NCBI GenBank assembly: GCA_050012255.1
Contig: JBEKHN010000002.1
Span: 1-64,000, forward strand
Length of the DNA: 64,000 bases
Source: Candidatus Bathyarchaeia archaeon
GTDB lineage: Archaea; Thermoproteota; Bathyarchaeia; Bathyarchaeales; Bathycorpusculaceae
Direction of reading: 5' to 3'
The position numbers and the translations under genes were made by a program. Of the stretch, positions 28,000-37,228 are shown one piece after another (the stretch's first letter is position 1; every line of letters starts with the position of its first letter). The notes under the pieces are model-generated. The model saw only the letters and a program-made list of their open reading frames with translations, was not told the origin of the DNA and did not search any database.

Positions 28000-29367
28000 T
28001 TGGAAACCTTGGAAAGCGGTTATAAACTCAGAACGCTTATGCGTTCGACGATTGCCATTTCGAGCGTCATTCTTGTGGAAGTTATTCTCGGCCTAATGGT
28101 GAACAGTCTGGCAATCGTGAGCGACGGTTTGCATGCCCTTCTTGACGCGCTGACGACGTTCATGCTTTTTGTTGCAACTCGCATGTCTGTTAAGCCTCCT
28201 GACGAAGAGCACATGTATGGACACGAGAAGTTTGAATCAATAGGCGGTCTTGTCGGTGGTTTTGCGCTAATAAGCGTTGCGCTGTTGATATTGTACGAGG
28301 CCGTTTTGAAAACAGTGACCCATCAGACTGTCAACATAGGAATAGAGTACGTTGGTTTCATAGCCATTGGCTACACGTTCTGCATTGATTTCTTCAGGGT
28401 GGGAACGCTCATGAGGGCGAGGAGGAGTGAAAGCTCCACGATGAGGGCAGGGTTCTACCATGCCATAGCGGATCTGAGTTCGACGGTGATAGCATTTGTA
28501 GGGTTTGGGCTGGCGACGCTAGGATTGAACTACGGGGATTCGTTGGCATCGATGTTTTTGGGCGTTTTGTTAACCTATCTTAGCGTCAAACTCGTTTGGA
28601 GCAGCGGAATGGAACTCACCGACACGGTTTCGAAGGGCTTAGCAAACAAGGTCAGCAAAGAGATTCTTGGTACGGATGGTGTCTTGAGGTTCGAGGACCT
28701 GAAGATCAGGAAGGCAGGCGAGAAGACCTTTGTCAGAGCTACTTTGCAGGTCCCAGATTACATGGGCCTTGAAGAGGCTCACGATCTGGCCTCAAAGGTT
28801 GAGGCAAAGATAAAGAACATGCTGGGCAACGCGGAGGTTGCGATACACACCGAGCCTTGTGTGACAGAAATGCCGACCGAGAAGCTTGTGGAGAAATTGG
28901 CGACAGAAGTTGCGGGTGTAAAGGAGGTGCATGAGGTCAACGTGGCGTTCGCGAAGAGTAGGCTGTACGTAACGTTGCACGCGTACGTGGATCCGAAGCT
29001 GTCGGTTAGGGAGGCTCACGAAATAGCTGAGATGATTGAGATGAGAATAGAGCAGGGATTAAGAAACGTTGAGGACGTGGCAGTGCACATGGAGCCTTTG
29101 AGTCTCGTGAAGAGAAGAGGGACAACAGTGGACGAGGGTGAGATCAGGAGAATTGTTCACGCAGTAGCTGATAGTTATCAGCAGGCGTTTCGTGTCAAGG
29201 GAATGGTCACCTACGTTGCCGGCAGGAAGCGTTACATAAACATTGATTGCAGTTTCACAGAGCAGATTTCGATTGAAGAAGCGCATGGGATCGCTTCGCA
29301 GATTGAAGAGCAGGTCAGAGAGCACTTTGCGGAGACGACGGTTACGGTTCACGTTGAGCCTAGTTGA
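28000..29367 (+). CDS. CDF metal efflux transporter with three C-terminal ZT-dimer domains
   Basis: PPDEEHMYGHEK; three EAH...HxEP repeats. Confidence 0.9.
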   Translation: METLESGYKLRTLMRSTIAISSVILVEVILGLMVNSLAIVSDGLHALLDALTTFMLFVATRMSVKPPDEEHMYGHEKFESIGGLVGGFALISVALLILYEAVLKTVTHQTVNIGIEYVGFIAIGYTFCIDFFRVGTLMRARRSESSTMRAGFYHAIADLSSTVIAFVGFGLATLGLNYGDSLASMFLGVLLTYLSVKLVWSSGMELTDTVSKGLANKVSKEILGTDGVLRFEDLKIRKAGEKTFVRATLQVPDYMGLEEAHDLASKVEAKIKNMLGNAEVAIHTEPCVTEMPTEKLVEKLATEVAGVKEVHEVNVAFAKSRLYVTLHAYVDPKLSVREAHEIAEMIEMRIEQGLRNVEDVAVHMEPLSLVKRRGTTVDEGEIRRIVHAVADSYQQAFRVKGMVTYVAGRKRYINIDCSFTEQISIEEAHGIASQIEEQVREHFAETTVTVHVEPS

Positions 29368-29426
29368 ATGTCTGCCTCGGTTGGCTCTCTATTTTGAAGA
29401 GTGAAAAAAGATGGGAGGAGAAGGGA

Positions 29427-31550
29427 TTAGCCGATCTCGATCTCTTTTATGAAGGCCAGGTCGTCTAGGCTGTTCAGTTTTACCTTCGCGTTAGACACTG
29501 TATAAAGCACGTTTTCGATGTAAAGCGACCGTTGCACGTAGTAGTTGCTGTCCCATATGCTCGTGCCGTCATCGATGTGTGTGATTCCGCCTCTGAAGAC
29601 GAAGCCTCCGCTCAGCGTCAGGTTGAACACGTAGGCGCCTTGCCAAACAGGTTGGCCGTAAGCACTTGGGGGAACCGCGCTTGCGTTGGGATATTGACTC
29701 TGGTCGACTTTTGCGACGAGGACTGGTATGACGAGCAGATTCTTTGACTTGTCGAAGAGAAATGCTTTGGGGTCACTCAGCACGGGGGAGTTTGAGCCTC
29801 TGTCTCCGATCGTGTAGTTAGCCATCTGAATCGGGTTGCTGACGTTGCTTACGTCGAAGAGTGCCACTTTTATTCCTTGATACCAAGCGAAGTATCCTTG
29901 CTCTGCTTCCACGGTTTCTTTGCCTACCCCTATCAAATGGTTCTCGTCGTACGGATACAGATAATCTGAGAATCCTGGTATCCGCAGTTCGCCTAGGACG
30001 GCTGGTTCAGTCGGGTCGGTGAGGTTGATCACAAGAAGCGGGTCCGTCTTTTGGAAGGTGACGAGGTAGCATCTGTCGCCAACGAACCTTGCTGAGTGGA
30101 GGTTCTCGTTCGGGGCTAGGTTTTCAAGTCTGCCAACGATGGTCAGGTTCATGCTTAGCACGTACACGTTGTGCTCAGCGGTCGAAAGAACAATCGGTGT
30201 GCCGACCAGCCATGGGGATATAACAATAGGCGTTGACAACGAAGCAGTCCCATTTAGTGCCGGCATTAAGGGACTTACGTTATTTGTCGCACTTGGCATC
30301 TTAATTGGGCCTGGCAAAATTCCAGTCGCGTTTGTGATTGGCTGCTGTGCAGTTGCGTTTATCTGAGTTGTCATCCACGTTGTCGTGGCTATTCTGAAGT
30401 AGTCGTTGTATTCGTCCATTGAGTACTGGTTGAGCACGCTTCCTGGTACTTCTCCCTGGGCTTCAGGGTTGACCGTGCTGTTCTCTACGTGTAGCCTATA
30501 GATCAGTGTGTTGCCTTCTTTTGGAAAGGTTATGTAGATGTTCCTCGTAGAAACGTACATCGTGCTCGTTCCGCCAAGCGTCAGAGTCTTGTAGCTTGGG
30601 CTTTCCAACGTGTTTTGAATGTTGAGCGCAACGATCGTTGTGAACTGGAAATAGTCGTCGGAGGTGTTGGAGTAGTAGATTTCGGAGGGCTGTACCTCTG
30701 CCGTGAGGCCGTTGATTCCGAGCGTGGGAATGTTGAATTTGTCAATCGTAACGTTCGGAGAGGCTTCAACAACGTAGTAGGCAGGCTGGCTTGCGACGAC
30801 GTAGACGTATTGCCCTATCATTCTTGAGCTGAAGTAGTCACCGCTTGCGGTGTAGGTTGTCAGCAATTCTGGGTGTGCCCTGTCAGATATATCATAAACC
30901 TCCACGTATGTTGCGATGTTCATGGAGTAGGGGACACTGTAGAACGTGAAATTCTGCCCATTATAATAGGGTATCATAGTAACGTTAGAATGAGTTCCTA
31001 GCACGGCCAGTCTGCCGCCGTTAACGAAGATTTCGACAGGTGTCATATCGCTCACTACTATGGTCGAAACAAGCTGTGCCTCATCCGAAGGATACGCTTT
31101 CAGAATTGAGACGTTGTTTCCGGTTAACAGGTAGATGTATTGGCCATCGCTCTTCACGGTGTCTGCCTCATCAACTCCGGCGACTTGAATGTTGGTGGTT
31201 GAATACTGTGGAGTTGAATACCCCGGAGCAGCGGCTATTCCTGGGGTGAAGGGAACGGCGGTAAAGCCGGCAATTCCAGGGGTAGCCTGGATTGAATATA
31301 TGTTAAATGAATTTCCAGAGGTTGCAAAATACGCGTACGTCAATGGGTTTTGGGTTCTGTTTTTCAAGAAGTTTTGGAGTTCATCGTAGGAAGAGAACGT
31401 TGACATGGAAGGAACAGATTTTGGGGTCAGCTGTGTCAGCGGTATCTGGGGTATGTAGCCAAGCTGGTAGCACAGTGAGACTAGTATTGTGGCGAGGAGG
31501 GCGGCGGCGATGCCGTAGAGTTTTGCGCGCCTTTTGATTTCTTTTTGCAT
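29427..31550 (-). CDS. Secreted or anchored beta-propeller domain protein
   Basis: STTNIQVAGVDEAD.VKSDG, LNQYSMDEY, VTF..TDPL, LRIPGFSDYL; N-terminal hydrophobic helix. Confidence 0.88.
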   Translation of the reverse strand: MQKEIKRRAKLYGIAAALLATILVSLCYQLGYIPQIPLTQLTPKSVPSMSTFSSYDELQNFLKNRTQNPLTYAYFATSGNSFNIYSIQATPGIAGFTAVPFTPGIAAAPGYSTPQYSTTNIQVAGVDEADTVKSDGQYIYLLTGNNVSILKAYPSDEAQLVSTIVVSDMTPVEIFVNGGRLAVLGTHSNVTMIPYYNGQNFTFYSVPYSMNIATYVEVYDISDRAHPELLTTYTASGDYFSSRMIGQYVYVVASQPAYYVVEASPNVTIDKFNIPTLGINGLTAEVQPSEIYYSNTSDDYFQFTTIVALNIQNTLESPSYKTLTLGGTSTMYVSTRNIYITFPKEGNTLIYRLHVENSTVNPEAQGEVPGSVLNQYSMDEYNDYFRIATTTWMTTQINATAQQPITNATGILPGPIKMPSATNNVSPLMPALNGTASLSTPIVISPWLVGTPIVLSTAEHNVYVLSMNLTIVGRLENLAPNENLHSARFVGDRCYLVTFQKTDPLLVINLTDPTEPAVLGELRIPGFSDYLYPYDENHLIGVGKETVEAEQGYFAWYQGIKVALFDVSNVSNPIQMANYTIGDRGSNSPVLSDPKAFLFDKSKNLLVIPVLVAKVDQSQYPNASAVPPSAYGQPVWQGAYVFNLTLSGGFVFRGGITHIDDGTSIWDSNYYVQRSLYIENVLYTVSNAKVKLNSLDDLAFIKEIEIG

Positions 31551-31613
31551 TAAGCTTTCACCTATGTAGATGATGGTTTGCGTTGGATTTTATGCTAAGC
31601 CTTAGGACAAGGT

Positions 31614-31630
31614 GTTCCAGAAGTTAGAAC
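31614..31630. promoter_or_regulatory. Putative operator TTCCA-N5-T(A/G)GAA upstream of the beta-propeller gene
   Basis: GTTCCAGAAGTTAGAAC, 14/17 identical to the reverse complement of 32118-32134. Confidence 0.45.
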
Positions 31631-32070
31631 GGTCGCATTGACCATACGCGGGCGGCTTCGTACCAGAAGATGGCTGTGACTATGGCTCCGAAGGAGAGTA
31701 TGAACAGGCTTTCTCTTGTGAGTCCTTGCATCAGCACTAGGATGTAGGCGGCGTAGAACGTGGTGGAGAACACGGCGTAGAAGAAGTATCTTGGGAACAG
31801 CAATTTTCCGAGTTTGACGAAGTGTCGGAGCACGCCGATTTTGACCTCGCTGACCAGGGAGTAGTTGCCTCCTACTTCCTGTTTTGTGACCAGTCCGAGC
31901 GCGCGTAGCTGTTCAAGATGATGTTGCGCCACGCTTGGACTGCTGAAGTGCAGGGTTCTCTGAACTTCGCGAACACTCATGGGGCGACCGTTCTTTAGTA
32001 GTAACCAGTAGACTTTCCAATCCTTGCCTCGGAGTGCGTACTCAAACTCGGTTTCGCCCTCAGTGTTCAA
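31624..32070 (-). CDS. Winged-HTH transcription regulator with two C-terminal TM helices
   Basis: VREVQR.L.FSSPSVA.HHLE.L followed by hydrophobic helices. Confidence 0.85.
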   Translation of the reverse strand: MNTEGETEFEYALRGKDWKVYWLLLKNGRPMSVREVQRTLHFSSPSVAQHHLEQLRALGLVTKQEVGGNYSLVSEVKIGVLRHFVKLGKLLFPRYFFYAVFSTTFYAAYILVLMQGLTRESLFILSFGAIVTAIFWYEAARVWSMRPF

Positions 32071-32117
32071 GGCTCAGCACGCTTCAGCAGCATAGTACTA
32101 GTTAGACGGTGCTTATA

Positions 32118-32134
32118 ATTCCAATTTCTGGAAC
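32118..32134. promoter_or_regulatory. Putative autoregulatory operator abutting a TATA box
   Basis: ATTCCAATTTCTGGAAC (TTCCA-N5-TGGAA) next to TTATAA 32113-32118. Confidence 0.45.
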
Positions 32135-32251
32135 ATGCACCATTGCAGCCTAGCGTGACAGAGTTACTAAGGTCTATTTTTGCTGTTTCGCGCGGGTAGC
32201 ATACGCTGCATCCCTGTATTCGCGTTTTCACCTCGTCTATTTCACCCTCCC

Positions 32252-32399
32252 CCTAGGGTACTAGTACTACACGCAGGCGCTGGTGAAGGTCCTACGGGAT
32301 TTGTAGGGGCATGAAGCTGAGCACGTGCCGAGGACTCGAAGAAGAGCCTAGGCAAGGTAGTTCCTGAGCAATGCTGACACGTCTGCCCTTCCTCCTAGG
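32252..32399 (+). ncRNA. Candidate structured RNA
   Basis: Nested stems CCTAGGG/TCCTAGG, GCAGGCG/CGTCTGC and CCTAC/GTAGG, with several TGAAG and CTGA k-turn-like motifs. Confidence 0.4.
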
Positions 32400-32569
32400 T
32401 GTGCTCCTCGCTGGTCCTTCTTTTGCGACAAGTACTGCTGAGGCGGGCTTAAGCTTAGGTTGATCGAGTTTTGTCGCTGGTTGTGTCGTCATTTCCATAT
32501 GATGAGTGTAAGTGTCACGGAGGAGCATCATTAGTGTGTTTTTGAAAATCTCCCTTAGTCAGCTTCTTG

Positions 32570-33430
32570 TCACCTTGCAGCGCCGATAATGAATGCCAGC
32601 AACCCGATGATGAACCATAGGAGCACGGTGTTCTTGATTCTTCTGCTGTTTTCTCTTGAATGGTTTCTGAGCAGCATGAGAGACGACGCTGCGAGTCCGA
32701 TGTCTGTGACAGCGACCAGTGGAATGAACCAGATGGAGACGATGCCGAGAAGCCACGGCGTCGGGCTCAAGCCTACTGCGGAGAGATAGAACAGTGCTGC
32801 GGCAACGGCTGCGTTTTTTTCTCCGTACTGCACGGCGAGGGTTTTCACGTTCTGCGTCCTGTCGCCTTGCACGTCCACGATGCCCTTGGTTATCTCCCTT
32901 CCAGTGATTGAAAGAAAGACTATGGAAGCGAAGAGGAGCACGTTCAACCTAAGTCCGTTAGATATGGCCACGCTTCCGTATACAAACGGTATTGATACGC
33001 AGAGGCTGACGAGGAGGTTGCCGGGCAGTCCGCTTCGTTTTCCGACAGTTGTGTACCCTACTGAAATGATCCAGGCAATTATGGCCGTTGGAAGACAGAG
33101 GGGGTACGCTGTGTTCGTCAGGTACGCCGTGACGAGACCTACCATGGTAAGGATAAGTGCAAAGACCAAGGCTTCTCTCGGTTTGACCAGACCGCTTGGA
33201 ATGGGGCGGCTAGGCTCGTTTATGGAGTCTATCTTCCTGTCGTAGTAATCGTTTATTGCCATCGAGGCCGCGGTAAGCGTGAAGCCGGTGATGAAACCGT
33301 AGACAAGGCTCGGCCAAGCTGCGTTCATGCTCCTTAGGCTGGCAAGGCTTGCACCGACTATTACGGCGAGGCCCATCATGAAGCAGTTTATGGGCCGCAT
33401 TAGACGCAGGTAGCCGCCGAGTTTTCTCAT
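32570..33430 (-). CDS. Digeranylgeranylglyceryl-phosphate synthase (UbiA family)
   Basis: NDYYDRKID.IN.P.RPIPSG, REITKGIVDVQGD. Confidence 0.92.
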   Translation of the reverse strand: MRKLGGYLRLMRPINCFMMGLAVIVGASLASLRSMNAAWPSLVYGFITGFTLTAASMAINDYYDRKIDSINEPSRPIPSGLVKPREALVFALILTMVGLVTAYLTNTAYPLCLPTAIIAWIISVGYTTVGKRSGLPGNLLVSLCVSIPFVYGSVAISNGLRLNVLLFASIVFLSITGREITKGIVDVQGDRTQNVKTLAVQYGEKNAAVAAALFYLSAVGLSPTPWLLGIVSIWFIPLVAVTDIGLAASSLMLLRNHSRENSRRIKNTVLLWFIIGLLAFIIGAAR

Positions 33431-33519
33431 GTTCTCAAGTCTCGCAGTAACATAATGGTTTTCTTCTAAGGTAAGTTATAAAACTCGCGTCTGGCCTCAA
33501 AAGTTTAATACGCTTAGCG

Positions 33520-34827
33520 TTGATAACTCATTCAAAAGCTTGTTGGTGTAGATCCTTGCGCGACAACTACGCTCTGGAAAGGTTAAGGGTGATAATACCG
33601 GTTGGGGGAAAAGCCACGCGTCTGTTGCCCCTCACGGCCGAGACGAGCAAAGCGTGCATTCGTTTGCTGAACAGGCCTCTGATAGATTTTTCGCTGCTGC
33701 CCCTTGCGCGTCAAGGTATTAGAAACTTCATTTTCGGTGTTAAGGGTTACACGAACTACAGGGATCTGCACGATTATTTTGAGTCGGGTTACGGTTTTTC
33801 TGCGAGGTACGGTCTAGAGCCGCGTGTTCACATAAAGTATCAGCCGAACGTTGAAGACCTTGGCAGCGCCGACTCTGCGAGCATAAACATGGAGTACTAC
33901 AGCGTCGAAGACCCAGTGTTTGCGGTGCAGGGCGACAACATTTTTGACGTGAACGTGAAGGAGCTCGTGGATTTTCATCAGAAGAAGGGCGCAGTGATGA
34001 CCATCGCGTTGAGGAAGGTTGAGAACGTCGAAGGATACGGCATAGCTGACATAAACAAGGACATGAGAATCTCCAGATTCGTCGAGAAACCGGCGCCTAA
34101 GGATGCTCCCTCAGACCTCGCCAACACAGGTCTGTACATGGTTTCTCCCGAGATAAGGAAAATATTCAAGGAGAAAGGGGTCAAGCAGTTAATCAAGGAG
34201 ACGCATCGTCTCGACTTTGGCTACGACTTCATACCCTACCTGATCAGCACCGGGCGGCCAGTGTACGGTTACACGCTGGAAGGAAGCTGGTACGATGTTG
34301 GCACTCCCAGACGCTACCTCGAAGCGATGAAGGACATGCTTGACGGAAAGTTCGCTTCACTAACCGACTTCGGCGGAAGACTAAGCGAGGAGAAGAGAAT
34401 ATGGGTTCAGGGGGAAAGCGTCGAATCGATGAGAAGAAGGCAGGAAATAATCAGGAAGATCAAGACGGGCAAGATCGAGGTTGAAGGCTCTGTCCTCATA
34501 GGCAGACACTGCAAGATCAGCGACGGCGTCAGAATAGTGAATTCGTGCATCGACAACTACACGCAGATAGGCAAAGACGTTGAGATAGAGGACTCTGCAG
34601 TCATGGACCGAGTCATAATCGGGGACAAGACGACCATAAAGGACAGCATCGTGGGGCGGCATGTGACAGTTTCTTCAAGCTCTCGAAAACCGACAAAGAT
34701 ACAATCTGTCTCGGTCATAGCTGACGACGTAATAGTTGATCAGGGTTGCACATTGACTGCAACGAAGATCTACCCACACCAATACGTCAGAGGGCAATTC
34801 GAAAACCAGACTTTGATGACAGGCTGA
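33520..34827 (+). CDS. NDP-sugar synthase / nucleotidyltransferase with left-handed beta-helix
   Basis: GGKATRLLPLT, FVEKP, WYDVGTP, hexapeptide repeats. The true start may be slightly downstream. Confidence 0.9.
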   Translation: MITHSKACWCRSLRDNYALERLRVIIPVGGKATRLLPLTAETSKACIRLLNRPLIDFSLLPLARQGIRNFIFGVKGYTNYRDLHDYFESGYGFSARYGLEPRVHIKYQPNVEDLGSADSASINMEYYSVEDPVFAVQGDNIFDVNVKELVDFHQKKGAVMTIALRKVENVEGYGIADINKDMRISRFVEKPAPKDAPSDLANTGLYMVSPEIRKIFKEKGVKQLIKETHRLDFGYDFIPYLISTGRPVYGYTLEGSWYDVGTPRRYLEAMKDMLDGKFASLTDFGGRLSEEKRIWVQGESVESMRRRQEIIRKIKTGKIEVEGSVLIGRHCKISDGVRIVNSCIDNYTQIGKDVEIEDSAVMDRVIIGDKTTIKDSIVGRHVTVSSSSRKPTKIQSVSVIADDVIVDQGCTLTATKIYPHQYVRGQFENQTLMTG

Positions 34828-34905
34828 AAACCGTGCTTCCTAAACATTCTACGACATGACGCTTGATAACCGTTCAAAGTCAGCGGCAGCTCTATTTATT
34901 GGAAG

Positions 34906-35403
34906 TTGCCTCAAGAATTGTTGGACCGAAGAATGAACTTTGACCTGTCAGAGATCAGAAAGAAGACGGTTTCCGTAGGTCAGTATATCGATAGCTTGGA
35001 GCAGCCGTTTAAGGAGAAGTTCTTAAAGAGAAAACAAGCGTACAAGTTGCAGCCGCAAGCGGTTGGTCAGCTGAGAAGATTCGCGGAAAAGTACGTGGCA
35101 ATCGTCTTTTCAGCCTCATGGTGCAAGGACTGCGCGGAATACATCCCCGTGTTATCCTTGATATCTGAAGCCACGGGGTTGGAAGTCAGAGTGTTCGGAG
35201 GGCTAATGAAAGACCCGCTCAGCCAGGTTTGTAAATGGAGGATTCCACCTTCTCCGCCTGAAGTCGTAACGTTTGAAGTTGACAAGATTCCATTGATAAT
35301 AATAGTTGACCTTTACGGTAAAGAAATAGGCAGAGTAATTGAGTCTCCCAAGAGATGGCCCACTCTAGAACAGGAGCTTTACGAAATCATTAAATCCCAC
35401 TAA
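34906..35403 (+). CDS. Thioredoxin-family protein
   Basis: WCKDC, IP, GR.IE.P. Confidence 0.85.
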   Translation: MPQELLDRRMNFDLSEIRKKTVSVGQYIDSLEQPFKEKFLKRKQAYKLQPQAVGQLRRFAEKYVAIVFSASWCKDCAEYIPVLSLISEATGLEVRVFGGLMKDPLSQVCKWRIPPSPPEVVTFEVDKIPLIIIVDLYGKEIGRVIESPKRWPTLEQELYEIIKSH

Positions 35404-35572
35404 CCTTCGCTTCTCGCAATACTGCCCAAGCTTCGCCTCGGTAGTAGTGAAGATCAGTGCCGCAGATGCTGCAAGCTTTAAACCTCACCAAGACATCGTT
35501 CTGACCTGACGTTGGCTCAGGTACATCATCGACTCCTATGGTTTTTCGTTCCGTGTAGACAACGGCTTTCAT
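35390..35572 (-). pseudogene. N-terminal stub of a Zn-dependent alcohol dehydrogenase
   Basis: MKAVV...VPEP...DVLV....ICGTDLHYY, then ends. GHE motif and the remainder are absent. Confidence 0.8.
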
Positions 35573-35866
35573 TTAAGGCCATGCTATCCTATGCACAGAA
35601 TCTCTGCCCTTGAAGGCATTCCCAGGCATCACTTAAGTATTTCTTTGGTCGGTTCTGTAACTCTTCGGGTTCTAAAGATATTTTGGGGAGATCTGTTAGC
35701 TGGCAGGGTTTTTTCGCATGAACGAGCCAAAACGTGAGTCTTTTGCAATTTTAAACGATAGTACCCAATGGCTGAATCCCTTGAAAAAAAGTTCCTCAAA
35801 ACTTAAATATTAGAAAAGAAAGATTATTCTAATGCTGGGAGTCAGTATAATCAGGGGATCCCTAGC

Positions 35867-37228
35867 TTGTTCAAACACAAGTTTGGCAGAGCTGCGCTTA
35901 TCATTGCACTCCTGGTGGGAGCTGTGTTTTGCTATGCCCCAAGTTCACGCCTAGTTTATGGCTCCTCGGACAACTCCCTTTTCAGAATTGCCCCATGGCC
36001 TTCACATGAGGCACAACTATTCGGGGATTCCGTGTTACTCAGCGACCGCGTTTTTCCCTTAACGGTATACATCGTAAGCTTGCCAGACGTTGGAAACGTC
36101 GTACTAACAAACCATTCGGCAATCCTGGACGGAGTACTCAGGGCAGTGCAGATTCATCCCAGCAACAGCAGCGTCCAGGAACTCGTCTTGCTGCTGGGTG
36201 AAGTCGGGCTGGGTGTGGGTGAGGGGCTAAAGGCGGCACTCAACGTCAGCGTCTCCTACGTCCTGGTCCAGGACTGGGCCACCTACAAGACGATCCTGGA
36301 ACAGGGAAACGACACGATTATAGTCAACACCCACGACCAGTACCTGCCCGTCCCAGACGGGTACACGAAGGAGCAGTGGGTCGGCGAGATCGCTGACTTC
36401 ATGCTGAACCGCTGGGGAACATGGGTTCACATCGGCGGCTACCCCTTCTACAACGTCTGGTACCAGAACGGAACAACCGAACAATGGGGCCCAGCAGGCT
36501 ACTCAAGAATGATGAGCCACATAGGAGAACCGAACGCCACGTGCTACCCCGCCGAGACGTACGCTACTTCGACTGACCCAGCCCAGTTGCGCGAGAAAAC
36601 CTACCTGATGAAGTCACTCGAAGGCAGTTGGGATTTCTTTCCCGCCGGATGCGGTGAGGCTGATGTGGGGTATCCGGTAAAGTTCGCTGACTTCAACGAC
36701 AGCCGTTTCGATGGTTCCATGTTCGGCTATGCAGTTGATGGTCATGCGGCTGAGGCTTTTGCCCAAAGCGCTTCGAGCTTCAACTTCGGCGTGTACGTCC
36801 ATCTTGGGACTTCCACTTTCTACGGCGATACGGGCCTCAAGACGAAACCAGACTTCCCAGCAGGCTTTATTCCGACGGCCACCGCTATCTCCGTTGAATA
36901 CAGGCTCATAAACATGTTGTACGGGTCTCAAGGCAACAGTGCATCCGAACAGATACAAAAGGCTATTAACGAAGGCAGAACGTTCGGACTGGACACAGCG
37001 ACGGAACTCTTTCAGAAGGCTCAAGACTGCTACGCGGCTGGAGAATACAAGATGGCATGGTCCTACGCTTCCGAAGCTGCGAGTGCCGCTGCCTCCTCTT
37101 CAAAAGGATCCATCATGCCGTTGGCATTTGTCGGCGTCTCTTTAATCCTTACGGGCGTAGTAATCGTGACTGCTGAGGCGTATCGTAAACATAATGGGAA
37201 GAAGCCGCGAAGCGACGAGGAGACGTAA
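35867..37228 (+). CDS. Secreted, C-terminally membrane-anchored hypothetical protein
   Basis: Signal-like N-terminus, C-terminal TM, domain shared with the next gene. Confidence 0.8.
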   Translation: MFKHKFGRAALIIALLVGAVFCYAPSSRLVYGSSDNSLFRIAPWPSHEAQLFGDSVLLSDRVFPLTVYIVSLPDVGNVVLTNHSAILDGVLRAVQIHPSNSSVQELVLLLGEVGLGVGEGLKAALNVSVSYVLVQDWATYKTILEQGNDTIIVNTHDQYLPVPDGYTKEQWVGEIADFMLNRWGTWVHIGGYPFYNVWYQNGTTEQWGPAGYSRMMSHIGEPNATCYPAETYATSTDPAQLREKTYLMKSLEGSWDFFPAGCGEADVGYPVKFADFNDSRFDGSMFGYAVDGHAAEAFAQSASSFNFGVYVHLGTSTFYGDTGLKTKPDFPAGFIPTATAISVEYRLINMLYGSQGNSASEQIQKAINEGRTFGLDTATELFQKAQDCYAAGEYKMAWSYASEAASAAASSSKGSIMPLAFVGVSLILTGVVIVTAEAYRKHNGKKPRSDEET

